Below are positions 30,349 through 38,965 of a stretch of 64,000 nucleotides of DNA, piece after piece. The translations under genes were made by a program, and so were the position numbers. The first letter of the stretch is position 1. Every line of letters begins with the position of its first letter. The notes below the pieces were generated by a model. That model worked only from the letters and a program-made list of their open reading frames with translations, made no database searches and had not been told where the DNA came from. Location of the stretch: the IMG/VR virus record IMGVR_UViG_3300035498_001541. One strand, written 5' to 3'. Source of the DNA: an uncultured virus (IMG/VR IMGVR_UViG_3300035498_001541) (Duplodnaviria > Heunggongvirae > Uroviricota > Caudoviricetes).

Positions 30349-30395
30349 AGTACCCGAAGGCACTAAATTACTGGTAAAGCTTCTCACCTTACCAG
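30349..30395 (-). promoter_or_regulatory. Two-hairpin 5' leader including a C(UUCG)G tetraloop
   Basis: Minus strand CTGGTAAGG-TGAGAAG-CTTTACCAG (30371-30395), then AGTGCC-TTCG-GGTACT (30349-30364). Confidence 0.55.
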
Positions 30396-30410
30396 CACTT
30401 TTTAATACAC

Positions 30411-30434
30411 AAAAATAAAGCCGCAAAGGGCTTT
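30411..30434 (-). terminator. Probable intrinsic terminator after the primase gene
   Basis: AAAGCC-CTTTGC-GGCTTT followed by ATTTTT. Confidence 0.55.
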
Positions 30435-30457
30435 TGTTTCTAACTATTGTTCTACAT

Positions 30458-31210
30458 TTAATTAGGGTCATTTGCAAGATTGCGTAGTTCCCTTATTGCT
30501 TGCTCTCTATACTCAGACTTAAGTAAACCATCCACATCCTTCTGATACTTCTGCCTAAATAATTTGAGATTCTTAACTCTCAATCCAAGTTCTCTCTGCA
30601 ACTTCAAACCGGCATCGTCGTTATCAGCAGCAAGTATCACATGCTTAACAAAACGAAGCAAAGTCACATTCTCATTAGTCAGTGAAGAACCCATCAATGC
30701 TGCCGAGTTAAACCCGGCTTCTCTCAGACTGATTGCATCGAACAATCCGTCAACAACCACAATATAGCCGTCGGTCAATGCCTTCTCATATGAATCCAAA
30801 GGGCAATACAAATACGACCCTTTCTTAAAAATCTGCTTTGAGCTGTACTGATAATACAGAATAGACCAATCACCAGTCTCATGTGCCTGCACGTAGTTCA
30901 ATGGATTAAAACCACCTAGACCGGCTATCTTTCCTGCAACATTGAAAATTGGAACAATCAAATTATTATTCCAAATACAGTTACCATCAAAGTCATAGCA
31001 TCCAAGTTCCGGATTACGTATAGCATCTCCGCAGTACAAAGCCAAATAATCATCATTAGGTACAAAGACCATTCCGTATCTCTCTGTATCGAAAAGCTCC
31101 ATACCTCTTGCCTTGCAAATCACCTTTGTAAAGTTCCTCTGGCTCTGTGCATCCTCTTTCCAAATCCTCTGTATTCCGGAAAGCACTAAACTGCTCATTT
31201 CTTCTATCAT
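30458..31210 (-). CDS. DnaG-like primase catalytic core (Toprim) without Zn-binding or helicase-binding domains
   Basis: LIVPIFNVAGKIAGLGG, FKKGSYLY, VVVDGLFDAISL, MGSSLT, AADNDDAG. Confidence 0.88.
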   Translation of the reverse strand: MIEEMSSLVLSGIQRIWKEDAQSQRNFTKVICKARGMELFDTERYGMVFVPNDDYLALYCGDAIRNPELGCYDFDGNCIWNNNLIVPIFNVAGKIAGLGGFNPLNYVQAHETGDWSILYYQYSSKQIFKKGSYLYCPLDSYEKALTDGYIVVVDGLFDAISLREAGFNSAALMGSSLTNENVTLLRFVKHVILAADNDDAGLKLQRELGLRVKNLKLFRQKYQKDVDGLLKSEYREQAIRELRNLANDPN

Positions 31211-31950
31211 AGCAAATACACCATGTTCTCTTTCTGATAGTCTTCCCTAGTTGTCTCTGTGCATGTAAAGCTACAATGCAGATTTGTTCCCTTACTCAAA
31301 GTAGGAAACTCCTTATCATACTCTGTAACTTTACCATCATCACATTTACCATTTACAAAAGTTAAAGGCAGTACAACTGACCGCTCCAAAATCCTCTTAA
31401 TCAGATAAGCATACACCATATCTTTAAAAGAATTTCGATTAGACTCTATGCTGTTCGTGTTCTTTGTCAGCCAATTTAGCACCTGCCCTTCAGTGCTGAA
31501 TCTAAGGAGCATCCCATCGTCAGGATTCAACACTCTCGAAACAACCTTGCCATCTTTCAACTTAAAGACTGAGCCAAAATACCCGTCTCTAATCAAGGCT
31601 GCTCCAGATTCATACTTCTTCTCCTTAGCAACAACAGTAAAGTCTGTCAAATCCAAGGTCTCCAGACCCAAAGGCGTTCCCCATACGAAAACATTCAGAT
31701 TATCAATCTGCTCTGTAGTTTCAATCTGGGACCTAACTCCATCAAGCACACTGAGGAAACCATTGATACTGTTAAGCACCTCTTCACTGCCATTGTAATC
31801 CTTCATCATCATCTGACGCAGACGAATCATACTTTTGTCATCACCAAGAAGCTTCACTAAAAAATCTCGTTTGGAAAGACCATCACCTTTCTTACTATAG
31901 GTTTTCTCTAAATCTTTCCAAACATTCATCACCTTATCTACATTACTCAT
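31207..31950 (-). CDS. Hypothetical protein (247 aa)
   Basis: AGGAGG SD; no motif recognised. Confidence 0.8.
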   Translation of the reverse strand: MSNVDKVMNVWKDLEKTYSKKGDGLSKRDFLVKLLGDDKSMIRLRQMMMKDYNGSEEVLNSINGFLSVLDGVRSQIETTEQIDNLNVFVWGTPLGLETLDLTDFTVVAKEKKYESGAALIRDGYFGSVFKLKDGKVVSRVLNPDDGMLLRFSTEGQVLNWLTKNTNSIESNRNSFKDMVYAYLIKRILERSVVLPLTFVNGKCDDGKVTEYDKEFPTLSKGTNLHCSFTCTETTREDYQKENMVYLL

Positions 31951-31959
31951 GATAACCTC

Positions 31960-32676
31960 CTATTTAGAATGAAGACCTTTTACATAGTTCAAATGATGCT
32001 GTCTAAGAATTTCGCTGTTCTTATCAAAAGCTTCTTTTACGTGCTTCATGCAATCCATATCCCAAACAGCTTCTCCTGGATTACGAAGGTATGATATCAA
32101 AGTATCCTCAGTCAAACAGGGCATCTCTTGCTTTGCTGCACGAGAACGCTTATCCACCAACTCGCCATTACTGAAATTAAACATACACATCTGAACTAAG
32201 GGTGTTCTCCCTTTAAGAGTGAAACCGTCAAGCCATGGCTCAAGAACTCCCTTGTGCAAAAGACTCTGCTTGTAAACATCAAACCCATTTCCAGAATCAC
32301 GTTTCAAAATCCCCTGCCCAATCAGCTCTTTGTTACCTGCGTATGATTTACACTCGAAAATATACACGCACTCAGTGGTGAATAACATAAAGTCTATCTC
32401 CGTAAAAAAGTTCTTCTGAATATGCACTCTATCTTTCAATACAGTGCCTTTGCAAAACAACCAATCACGTGCAGAGCTATTTCTCTTAATCTCATCACGA
32501 ATTAAAATCTCCAGAACACACTCGCAAATCTCTCCATGAATAGCCTGCTTAAACTTTACATTGTCAGCATACTTCTGTGAATGAAAAACATCATGTGCTT
32601 TCTGCAAAGTTTGCTTACCACCGTACTTGGCATACCAATCCATCATCTGCTTGTGCGTAGCATCTTTATATGTCAC
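31960..32676 (-). CDS. NERD-domain (PD-(D/E)xK) nuclease
   Basis: GEICE, TEIDFMLFT, VYIFECKSYAG, YKQSLLH; probable GTG 32676 after GAGGTG. Confidence 0.82.
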   Translation of the reverse strand: MTYKDATHKQMMDWYAKYGGKQTLQKAHDVFHSQKYADNVKFKQAIHGEICECVLEILIRDEIKRNSSARDWLFCKGTVLKDRVHIQKNFFTEIDFMLFTTECVYIFECKSYAGNKELIGQGILKRDSGNGFDVYKQSLLHKGVLEPWLDGFTLKGRTPLVQMCMFNFSNGELVDKRSRAAKQEMPCLTEDTLISYLRNPGEAVWDMDCMKHVKEAFDKNSEILRQHHLNYVKGLHSK

Positions 32677-32689
32677 ACCATTCACCTCA

Positions 32690-33931
32690 TCACTTCTTTT
32701 TCGGTTTAATTGTAAAATGCGATGTAATATAACCATCGCATGAAACCGTAATCTTAATCTTTGTTTTCTTTTTCAGCTTCTTTTTCAAAGATAGCTTAAA
32801 AGTACCGTCCTCCATTGTTCCGGAATAGGTTTTACCAAAAACTCTTATCTTCAGTAGTGCACCAGGTGTAATTCGTCCTGTAATCCTCTTTGTCCCAATC
32901 TTTGCTTTTACATCAGTAAGCGTACAACGCTTTACATTTGTTGTCTCTGTTGCGATAGAGTTTCTATCAGTGTTTGGATTCATTGCAGTTGGTTTAAAGG
33001 AAATCTCACAGAACCTTGGGTAATTCACCTCTACATAGTAAGTGCCTTTTGCTAAAGCACTAGTTAAATCTGTCAGGGTATTTGATGAATCCTCTGCTTC
33101 ATAAGTGTTGCTGTATACCTTAGTGCCTGCACTATTGTAGATAACTGTATCGTATGAAAGTGCAGTAGACAAATTACTTGGTCTTGTAATACTCAGTGCA
33201 AAATACAAAGCCTTCCGCTTACTCAGCTTAACTTTGAAATATTGCTTTGTGATAGAATTGCTGGTTACAGCTATTGTCTGGCTATTCATTACAGTTAAAC
33301 CAGTAATATTTCCGTATGAGGTCTTCCCATTCTTCGTAGGAATAGCAGTCTTCATAGATGCTCCTGTTTTACTGCCAGTTCTTGCTTTCATCTTCTGTGC
33401 ATTGATACCAATATTTACACACGGATTAGCCACAAAAGAAGGCTCCTCTTTATTCCTACTCTGCTTGTAGATTGTAACCTTGAGATAGTATGTACCGGCT
33501 TCTAAAGCTGTCTCAAAACTATCAGTTGCCTTACTGTAATCACCATCAACAGTAGTTGTACTACCTATCAAAGTATTCACATAACTGGGATTCTCACCGA
33601 GATAAAACTCTGAGTAACACAATGAACTCTCGTAAACTGATGCATTGTATTGAATATTTACATAGCTATTCTTCTCAAGAGTAAAACTGTACTGCACATC
33701 AAAGCTACCTGACAAAACACCATTTGCCGGTGTGAAAACATCAGTCCCCAAAACCGTATTCGTTGACAAATTCACAGAAGATGAAATTGCCTTCTGGTAT
33801 ACAGGAACAACTTCTCCACCATCAACAAAATTGAAACTAGCTGCTGACACCTTCTTGGTAAAATCAATACCAGAGAAGCACCCCAATAACAATGCCGCTA
33901 TCAAAATACCACTAAATAATTTCTTCATCAT
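32690..33931 (-). CDS. Secreted surface protein with PPC-like beta domains and a Lys-rich C-terminal Ig-like domain
   Basis: Signal peptide ending VSA; repeated LEAGTYYLKV / LAKGTYYVEV; C-terminal ITGRITPGA...DGTFKLSLKKKLKKKTKIKITV. Confidence 0.8.
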   Translation of the reverse strand: MMKKLFSGILIAALLLGCFSGIDFTKKVSAASFNFVDGGEVVPVYQKAISSSVNLSTNTVLGTDVFTPANGVLSGSFDVQYSFTLEKNSYVNIQYNASVYESSLCYSEFYLGENPSYVNTLIGSTTTVDGDYSKATDSFETALEAGTYYLKVTIYKQSRNKEEPSFVANPCVNIGINAQKMKARTGSKTGASMKTAIPTKNGKTSYGNITGLTVMNSQTIAVTSNSITKQYFKVKLSKRKALYFALSITRPSNLSTALSYDTVIYNSAGTKVYSNTYEAEDSSNTLTDLTSALAKGTYYVEVNYPRFCEISFKPTAMNPNTDRNSIATETTNVKRCTLTDVKAKIGTKRITGRITPGALLKIRVFGKTYSGTMEDGTFKLSLKKKLKKKTKIKITVSCDGYITSHFTIKPKKK

Positions 33932-33939
33932 TAACCTCC

Positions 33940-35706
33940 TTACGCTTGAAACTCTGGAATCTTCTTTACAGACTTAATGAACTCTTCCATGCTGGAGATT
34001 GGTGGTTCCGTTACTGACTCAAGACCATTAGCCTTGCAGTAGCAGCATACAGCGTATCTGCACAAAGACGAAACTTTTAAGAACTGTGTTCCAGACATCT
34101 TTACATAACTTAAGTATGTACCATTGGAAAAATCTTCGGTATCAACTAAGCTGTTGTAAATAATAATACCCCTGTACTCATCGTCAAACTTACAATCATG
34201 TATCATTTGCTGAATGGCGATACTTACTTCTTCTGGCACATTAGAAAACACAACTGTGCTATGTGCTAAATTCCTATCCTCATCATAGAAAGCCACAATT
34301 GTCTTGTCATACACAGCCATGCACGCAACATACCACTTTGCTACTTTCTTTGTTGGATAATACACAGAGTCAGAAAATGGTTCCGGTTCGACAACTCCAA
34401 TCTTTGACTTGTTCTGTCTAACTGAATCTTTAAACTTAGTCATCAGCTCTTCATCAGCAATGCCATAGTTATACCCCAGCTCAAATGACATTGCTAAAGG
34501 ACTCCAGTCATCCACAAAGATTGTGCTGAAATCCTCCAGAATCCAAATATCCTTTAGTACTCTCTTACTAATCTTAAAGACTGGCTCATCATGCCTTACA
34601 AGATAAATACTGATATCATCTTCTGTATACCCAAGTCTATAAAACCTATCAAGAATCTCATTTACAGTCCTAATAATCATCTCACTGGTACCGGTCTGTA
34701 TTGGAGCATTCAATGCTCTATTTACTGTATCCGTCTTTTTGTATTGAATTGGGCTTGACTCCTCATACCCAAAATAACTGGTCAAGGCAACAGGCAACCC
34801 TAAATCATGTGCGTCATTCAGACGATTGTAATACTCCACATACCGCGGACACATACTTAGGAAGTTTGAGAACATAGAAATAAATCCCTTATCCTCCTCA
34901 ATCACTGAGTTCCTTGTACCGTACATTACAGCAAGTGTATTCTTCTTATAAACTTGACGCTGCTCCAAGAACTTCTCCTTGTCAAACTTCTCACCAAGCT
35001 TATTTGAGATAATACGAGCAAGAGCTTCATACTTATCATCATACTTGTTCATGATTTCGTCATTCTCTTTGCTACGTAAAAACAAATTATATGCAATTCT
35101 GAAATCTGACTGCGCAAAATCACCCCAAGCCAGAAAATACCCGTCCTCCACACCAATACACTTTGAAATCTCTTTTGGTATCTGAGCAATAACATCATGA
35201 TTGGAATAATTAAACCTGAGATTCACTTGCTGACGAGCAGTGTACCCCAACTTAGCCAGCATCTTTCCATTCCTGTCAGCAATCTCAGGCGCCGGTGTAT
35301 TCTTAATCAATGAAGCAGCACGCTCACTCCTAGACTTCAAAGACTTATACCCAGTGTAGTATGCAAGAAACTCAGTAGCATACCCATTCTGCATCAGAGG
35401 TCCTAAAACCTTTTTCATATCCAGTGAAAGCGACTGTGTTTTCCTTGATGTAAAATAGTGATAAGGACAAAACTCGTAGTCAATCAGATATTTGATAATG
35501 CAATCTTTGGTAGTAATTCTTAATCTACCATGACTCTTCTGTATCATTAAGTCTGTGAACATAGACAGCATTGCACTAGACTTGCTGGACAACTCACGTT
35601 GATACATTCCCATTGCATCTTTATCGTACAAAATATACTGATTCCTATTTATCCTCTCAGCGTATTTCTCAACGTCAATAGTATCATTTTTACTATACTT
35701 TACCAT
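33940..35706 (-). CDS. Short family-A DNA polymerase (no exonuclease domains), atypical motifs A and B
   Basis: Motif A GDFAQSDFRI, motif B RQVYKKNTLAVMYG, RALNAPIQTG, motif C RHDEPVF; extra ~150-aa C-terminal domain. Confidence 0.88.
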   Translation of the reverse strand: MVKYSKNDTIDVEKYAERINRNQYILYDKDAMGMYQRELSSKSSAMLSMFTDLMIQKSHGRLRITTKDCIIKYLIDYEFCPYHYFTSRKTQSLSLDMKKVLGPLMQNGYATEFLAYYTGYKSLKSRSERAASLIKNTPAPEIADRNGKMLAKLGYTARQQVNLRFNYSNHDVIAQIPKEISKCIGVEDGYFLAWGDFAQSDFRIAYNLFLRSKENDEIMNKYDDKYEALARIISNKLGEKFDKEKFLEQRQVYKKNTLAVMYGTRNSVIEEDKGFISMFSNFLSMCPRYVEYYNRLNDAHDLGLPVALTSYFGYEESSPIQYKKTDTVNRALNAPIQTGTSEMIIRTVNEILDRFYRLGYTEDDISIYLVRHDEPVFKISKRVLKDIWILEDFSTIFVDDWSPLAMSFELGYNYGIADEELMTKFKDSVRQNKSKIGVVEPEPFSDSVYYPTKKVAKWYVACMAVYDKTIVAFYDEDRNLAHSTVVFSNVPEEVSIAIQQMIHDCKFDDEYRGIIIYNSLVDTEDFSNGTYLSYVKMSGTQFLKVSSLCRYAVCCYCKANGLESVTEPPISSMEEFIKSVKKIPEFQA

Positions 35707-35718
35707 TGTGTATCCTTT

Positions 35719-35943
35719 CTACTTACCAAGCATTATCAAAACAGCACTGACAATGCCAAGCACTAAAATCCCGCCAACCAATGTGCCTAATGATGCACAC
35801 AACGACACAAGCACCACATCAAGCACTGACCTATGGCTGACAATCATAAAGACTAATACAGCAACAAAAACAACAATCGCTAAGTAAATCAACATCTTAG
35901 AGCAAAAGGTTAATCTCTTGTTCCATTTTTCACTAAACTGCAT
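35719..35943 (-). CDS. Small two-TM membrane protein (74 aa)
   Basis: Two hydrophobic segments; GAGG SD. Confidence 0.75.
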   Translation of the reverse strand: MQFSEKWNKRLTFCSKMLIYLAIVVFVAVLVFMIVSHRSVLDVVLVSLCASLGTLVGGILVLGIVSAVLIMLGK

Positions 35944-35965
35944 ACCTCTATCACTCCTCTCAAAT

Positions 35966-35997
35966 TAAAAAGATAGTCAGCTTCTACACTGGCTATC
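35966..35997 (-). terminator. Intrinsic terminator after the FtsK/EssC-like gene
   Basis: GATAGCCAG-TGTAGAAG-CTGACTATC followed by TTTTT. Confidence 0.7.
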
Positions 35998-36046
35998 CTA
36001 CTATTTTTTTAATACAAACTCAAAAGTACCAACAGGGTAATCATCA

Positions 36047-38212
36047 TCAGATAATTTCACCATCATGCAGCATCTTCTTAAACTTCTTGCATGGATTTAT
36101 TGAGTCGCTCTTGTCCCACAATACCGCAAGCTTGTTTAATACTGTATCTGGATAATACTCGCTGCATTTTATCTTGTTAATCTCAGATGTTGTTAAACTT
36201 TCCATCAATACCCAGCGTATTCCACCAAGCAAGGCATTGATATCTTCCATTGATGCTGTAACAATAATAAACCTACAAGCAACAGCAGAACTATCCTGCA
36301 ACACCTTCAAGTATTCCTGCACATATTTTGACTTTGATGAACGGCCTAAACCAATAATCCTGTCAATACCAATATCCCAGAAATAAGCTGGTGGCAAATC
36401 CTTAAGTGTTACAAGCTTCTCTGAACACCCAAACTGCTTGCACATAGTCAGGCAATTCTTAGCAAAGTTTATCATCTCTGTAGAAATCTTTAACTGTCCT
36501 GCAGAGTTTGCATTCTCGACCAAACCTAAACCAACCTGTGTGCTTGTATCGGAACTCATCAAACGTAAGTAGTGAGAAAATCTCTCCCTAAATGTCGTGG
36601 TTTGAAATTCTGGACTGTCTTTAAGATGCTCATCAAACAACTGATTAGATACTTCAGTTGAGCACTTAATACCATTTGACAACATCTTATCCGCTTCAAG
36701 AATCATCCTGCGTTTGTAAACCGTTGTCTTTGCTATTGCATAGAAATTAGAGCCATCGTACTGTTTCTCTTCAAAAAACAAACGACCTGCTAACTCCGAA
36801 ATATTGGAAATCCTATCAATCTCGTTACGCACGCAATTCACAACATTAGTTACTCCCTGTTGCAGTTCGAGATTCTTCTTTATCATTATTACATAGCGAG
36901 ACATTGCATAGTCAGTTGGTGCATCAATCAGAATATTCTCAATATCATCACCAACTAGTTCTAGCTTTACGCACTGGTCTTTATCATGCATTACAAAAGA
37001 AGGCTCCCCTAAAAGAATCCGGTCTTTCCCATACGTAAACCTTTTGAGATAATCTGTATAGTTGCGCGTGTACACCATTGCTTCTTCATCGTAAAAGCTC
37101 ATAATTGGTGTAACTTCCATCTCTTTTCCTTTGTTAATTATTGTTGATGACATTTCTTTTATCTGGTCTGGACTAGGAAATGGTACTCTGTACAAAACAT
37201 TATTCTCACCCTTCTCATCGCCGCCACCACCAGTGTTAAGATACATATAACCCTGCTTACCATAGTTGTCATATCCTTTGGGATTACCAAGCACCATCGT
37301 ACTTACATCCTTACCGCACCCCATTGCCATACGAACCTTAATATTTGACAATGTAGCTTTTGGGATATCACTACCTAACTCCTGTGATGCCATCAACAAA
37401 TGAAAACCGGTGTTACGACCAAGTCTTGCAAAATCATCAAGATACCCTGTTAGCTTACTTGCTTTCTTCTTAGCATTACTAAACATGGCTTGAAACTCGT
37501 CGATATCAATGATAATCCTTGGCAAAGCTAAACCAGTTACTTTCTTGAAATCCTCTATCTTCTTTACTTCCTTACCAAAAACTTCCGAAGCTTTTGTGAA
37601 AATACTATTGCGGTCCTTCATAGCTTGTGCTTGGTCTCCCATTACTGAGATAAGATAATCTGCATCCTGTGTAGCACCAACAGCTATAATCTGTGGCATA
37701 GGATTATTCATAGCAATACTTTTAAACTCTACAATCTTTGCATCGCAGAGAACAAAGTTAAGCTCCCATGGCGGATAAATATAATTGGCTCCGTAAATCA
37801 AAGCATTCTGCGTTACGGATTTACCTTGACCGGTGGCCCCAACTAAAATACCATGGATATCTTTATCGCCAAGAGCAACATCACACATATATCTACTGTC
37901 ACCATTCTTGTAACCGCACAATAACGTAGTCCCTTGCGTAGTCTCACCAAACCACATCTCACCGTATGGACCCTCAATAGGTTTTTCAATGGTAATCACT
38001 CTGCTAGGCTCAAAATCACCAAGTAGCATCTCAGGCACTGACTTTGGAAATTTGACCTGGTATGGATATTTCTTAGCAACTTTCTTAGACATTCTTGGTA
38101 TAATCTTCTGCAAGAAATCCTTCTCGGTGAAAGCTGCTCCCCTTGAGTTCTTGTAAGCATCCACAAACAAATCAGTATTCTTCTGTAAATCTAAATTACT
38201 CAGAGATAGCAC
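36047..38212 (-). CDS. FtsK/SpoIIIE-family (EssC/EccC-like) ATPase: one intact and one degenerate domain, no TM
   Basis: IHGILVGATGQGKS, ELNFVLCDAK, LPRIIIDIDEFQ, ARLGRNTGFHLLMASQ; second domain begins ILLGEP...ENILI and has no Walker A. Confidence 0.88.
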   Translation of the reverse strand: MLSLSNLDLQKNTDLFVDAYKNSRGAAFTEKDFLQKIIPRMSKKVAKKYPYQVKFPKSVPEMLLGDFEPSRVITIEKPIEGPYGEMWFGETTQGTTLLCGYKNGDSRYMCDVALGDKDIHGILVGATGQGKSVTQNALIYGANYIYPPWELNFVLCDAKIVEFKSIAMNNPMPQIIAVGATQDADYLISVMGDQAQAMKDRNSIFTKASEVFGKEVKKIEDFKKVTGLALPRIIIDIDEFQAMFSNAKKKASKLTGYLDDFARLGRNTGFHLLMASQELGSDIPKATLSNIKVRMAMGCGKDVSTMVLGNPKGYDNYGKQGYMYLNTGGGGDEKGENNVLYRVPFPSPDQIKEMSSTIINKGKEMEVTPIMSFYDEEAMVYTRNYTDYLKRFTYGKDRILLGEPSFVMHDKDQCVKLELVGDDIENILIDAPTDYAMSRYVIMIKKNLELQQGVTNVVNCVRNEIDRISNISELAGRLFFEEKQYDGSNFYAIAKTTVYKRRMILEADKMLSNGIKCSTEVSNQLFDEHLKDSPEFQTTTFRERFSHYLRLMSSDTSTQVGLGLVENANSAGQLKISTEMINFAKNCLTMCKQFGCSEKLVTLKDLPPAYFWDIGIDRIIGLGRSSKSKYVQEYLKVLQDSSAVACRFIIVTASMEDINALLGGIRWVLMESLTTSEINKIKCSEYYPDTVLNKLAVLWDKSDSINPCKKFKKMLHDGEII

Positions 38213-38217
38213 TACAC

Positions 38218-38904
38218 TCACCTCCGAAATGCGTTCATAGGACGACTTTTCTCATCATACTTGATATTTTGAAACTCCCTAACATACTGATTGCAGAGGT
38301 CTCTCCACTCAACCAACTTCTCGAAAGGACTTGTCTCCTTTAAATACCTAATTGCGCTGTTGGGGTCGATTCTTCCCCACTCAGATAACGCCCGAATATT
38401 CGGTACATTACCTATGGAAGAAAAAGCGTAACCCATCTCATAAGCAAAGTTAATCTCAACCTGTTCCTCTGCCATACTAAATATCAAATCATTGACGACA
38501 GATGAATTATTAGTAGGAATCATGAAAAACTGATACATCTTTGCTACAAAGCTATCGCCTGGTACTAAATACATAGCGTCGCTAACCGCATGAACTACTT
38601 TATCCATACACTCACCAATTGGCAATGTAAGAGCTAACACGTAAAGCATAATTCGTGGGTCATCCGCAACAATGTTGATATCCTTAAGCAGACCGTTAAA
38701 CCAATTCTTGTGCCAACCTTCAAGAGTATAAATATTTCCGTATTTTACAGTATCGTAAAGACACGCAGTTGTACACATAAAGAATGCAGGTGAAGGTTCT
38801 TTCTGACCATTAAAGTCACCAAGGTATGACTCGTTAGGCATAGCACAATCCGGCACACCAAATCGCTCTGTTCTTATCATATCATCGAACTCTGGTATAA
38901 TCAT
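38218..38904 (-). CDS. Hypothetical protein (228 aa)
   Basis: AGGGGGTG SD; adjacent to the FtsK-like gene. Confidence 0.8.
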   Translation of the reverse strand: MIIPEFDDMIRTERFGVPDCAMPNESYLGDFNGQKEPSPAFFMCTTACLYDTVKYGNIYTLEGWHKNWFNGLLKDINIVADDPRIMLYVLALTLPIGECMDKVVHAVSDAMYLVPGDSFVAKMYQFFMIPTNNSSVVNDLIFSMAEEQVEINFAYEMGYAFSSIGNVPNIRALSEWGRIDPNSAIRYLKETSPFEKLVEWRDLCNQYVREFQNIKYDEKSRPMNAFRR

Positions 38905-38918
38905 CTTTTCACCCCCTT

Positions 38919-38958
38919 AAAAATTAAAAGCGCTCCCAGCCTAAACTGGAAACGCTTT
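38919..38958 (-). terminator. Intrinsic terminator after the 825-aa gene
   Basis: AAAGCGTTTCCAG-TTTAGG-CTGGGAGCGCTTT followed by TAATTTTT. Confidence 0.75.
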
Positions 38959-38965
38959 ACTCTCA

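Noticed and set aside
30295..30477. 60-aa ORF spanning the primase to 474-aa gap
   Set aside because: It crosses a terminator and leader hairpins and has no clear SD; better explained as regulatory sequence.
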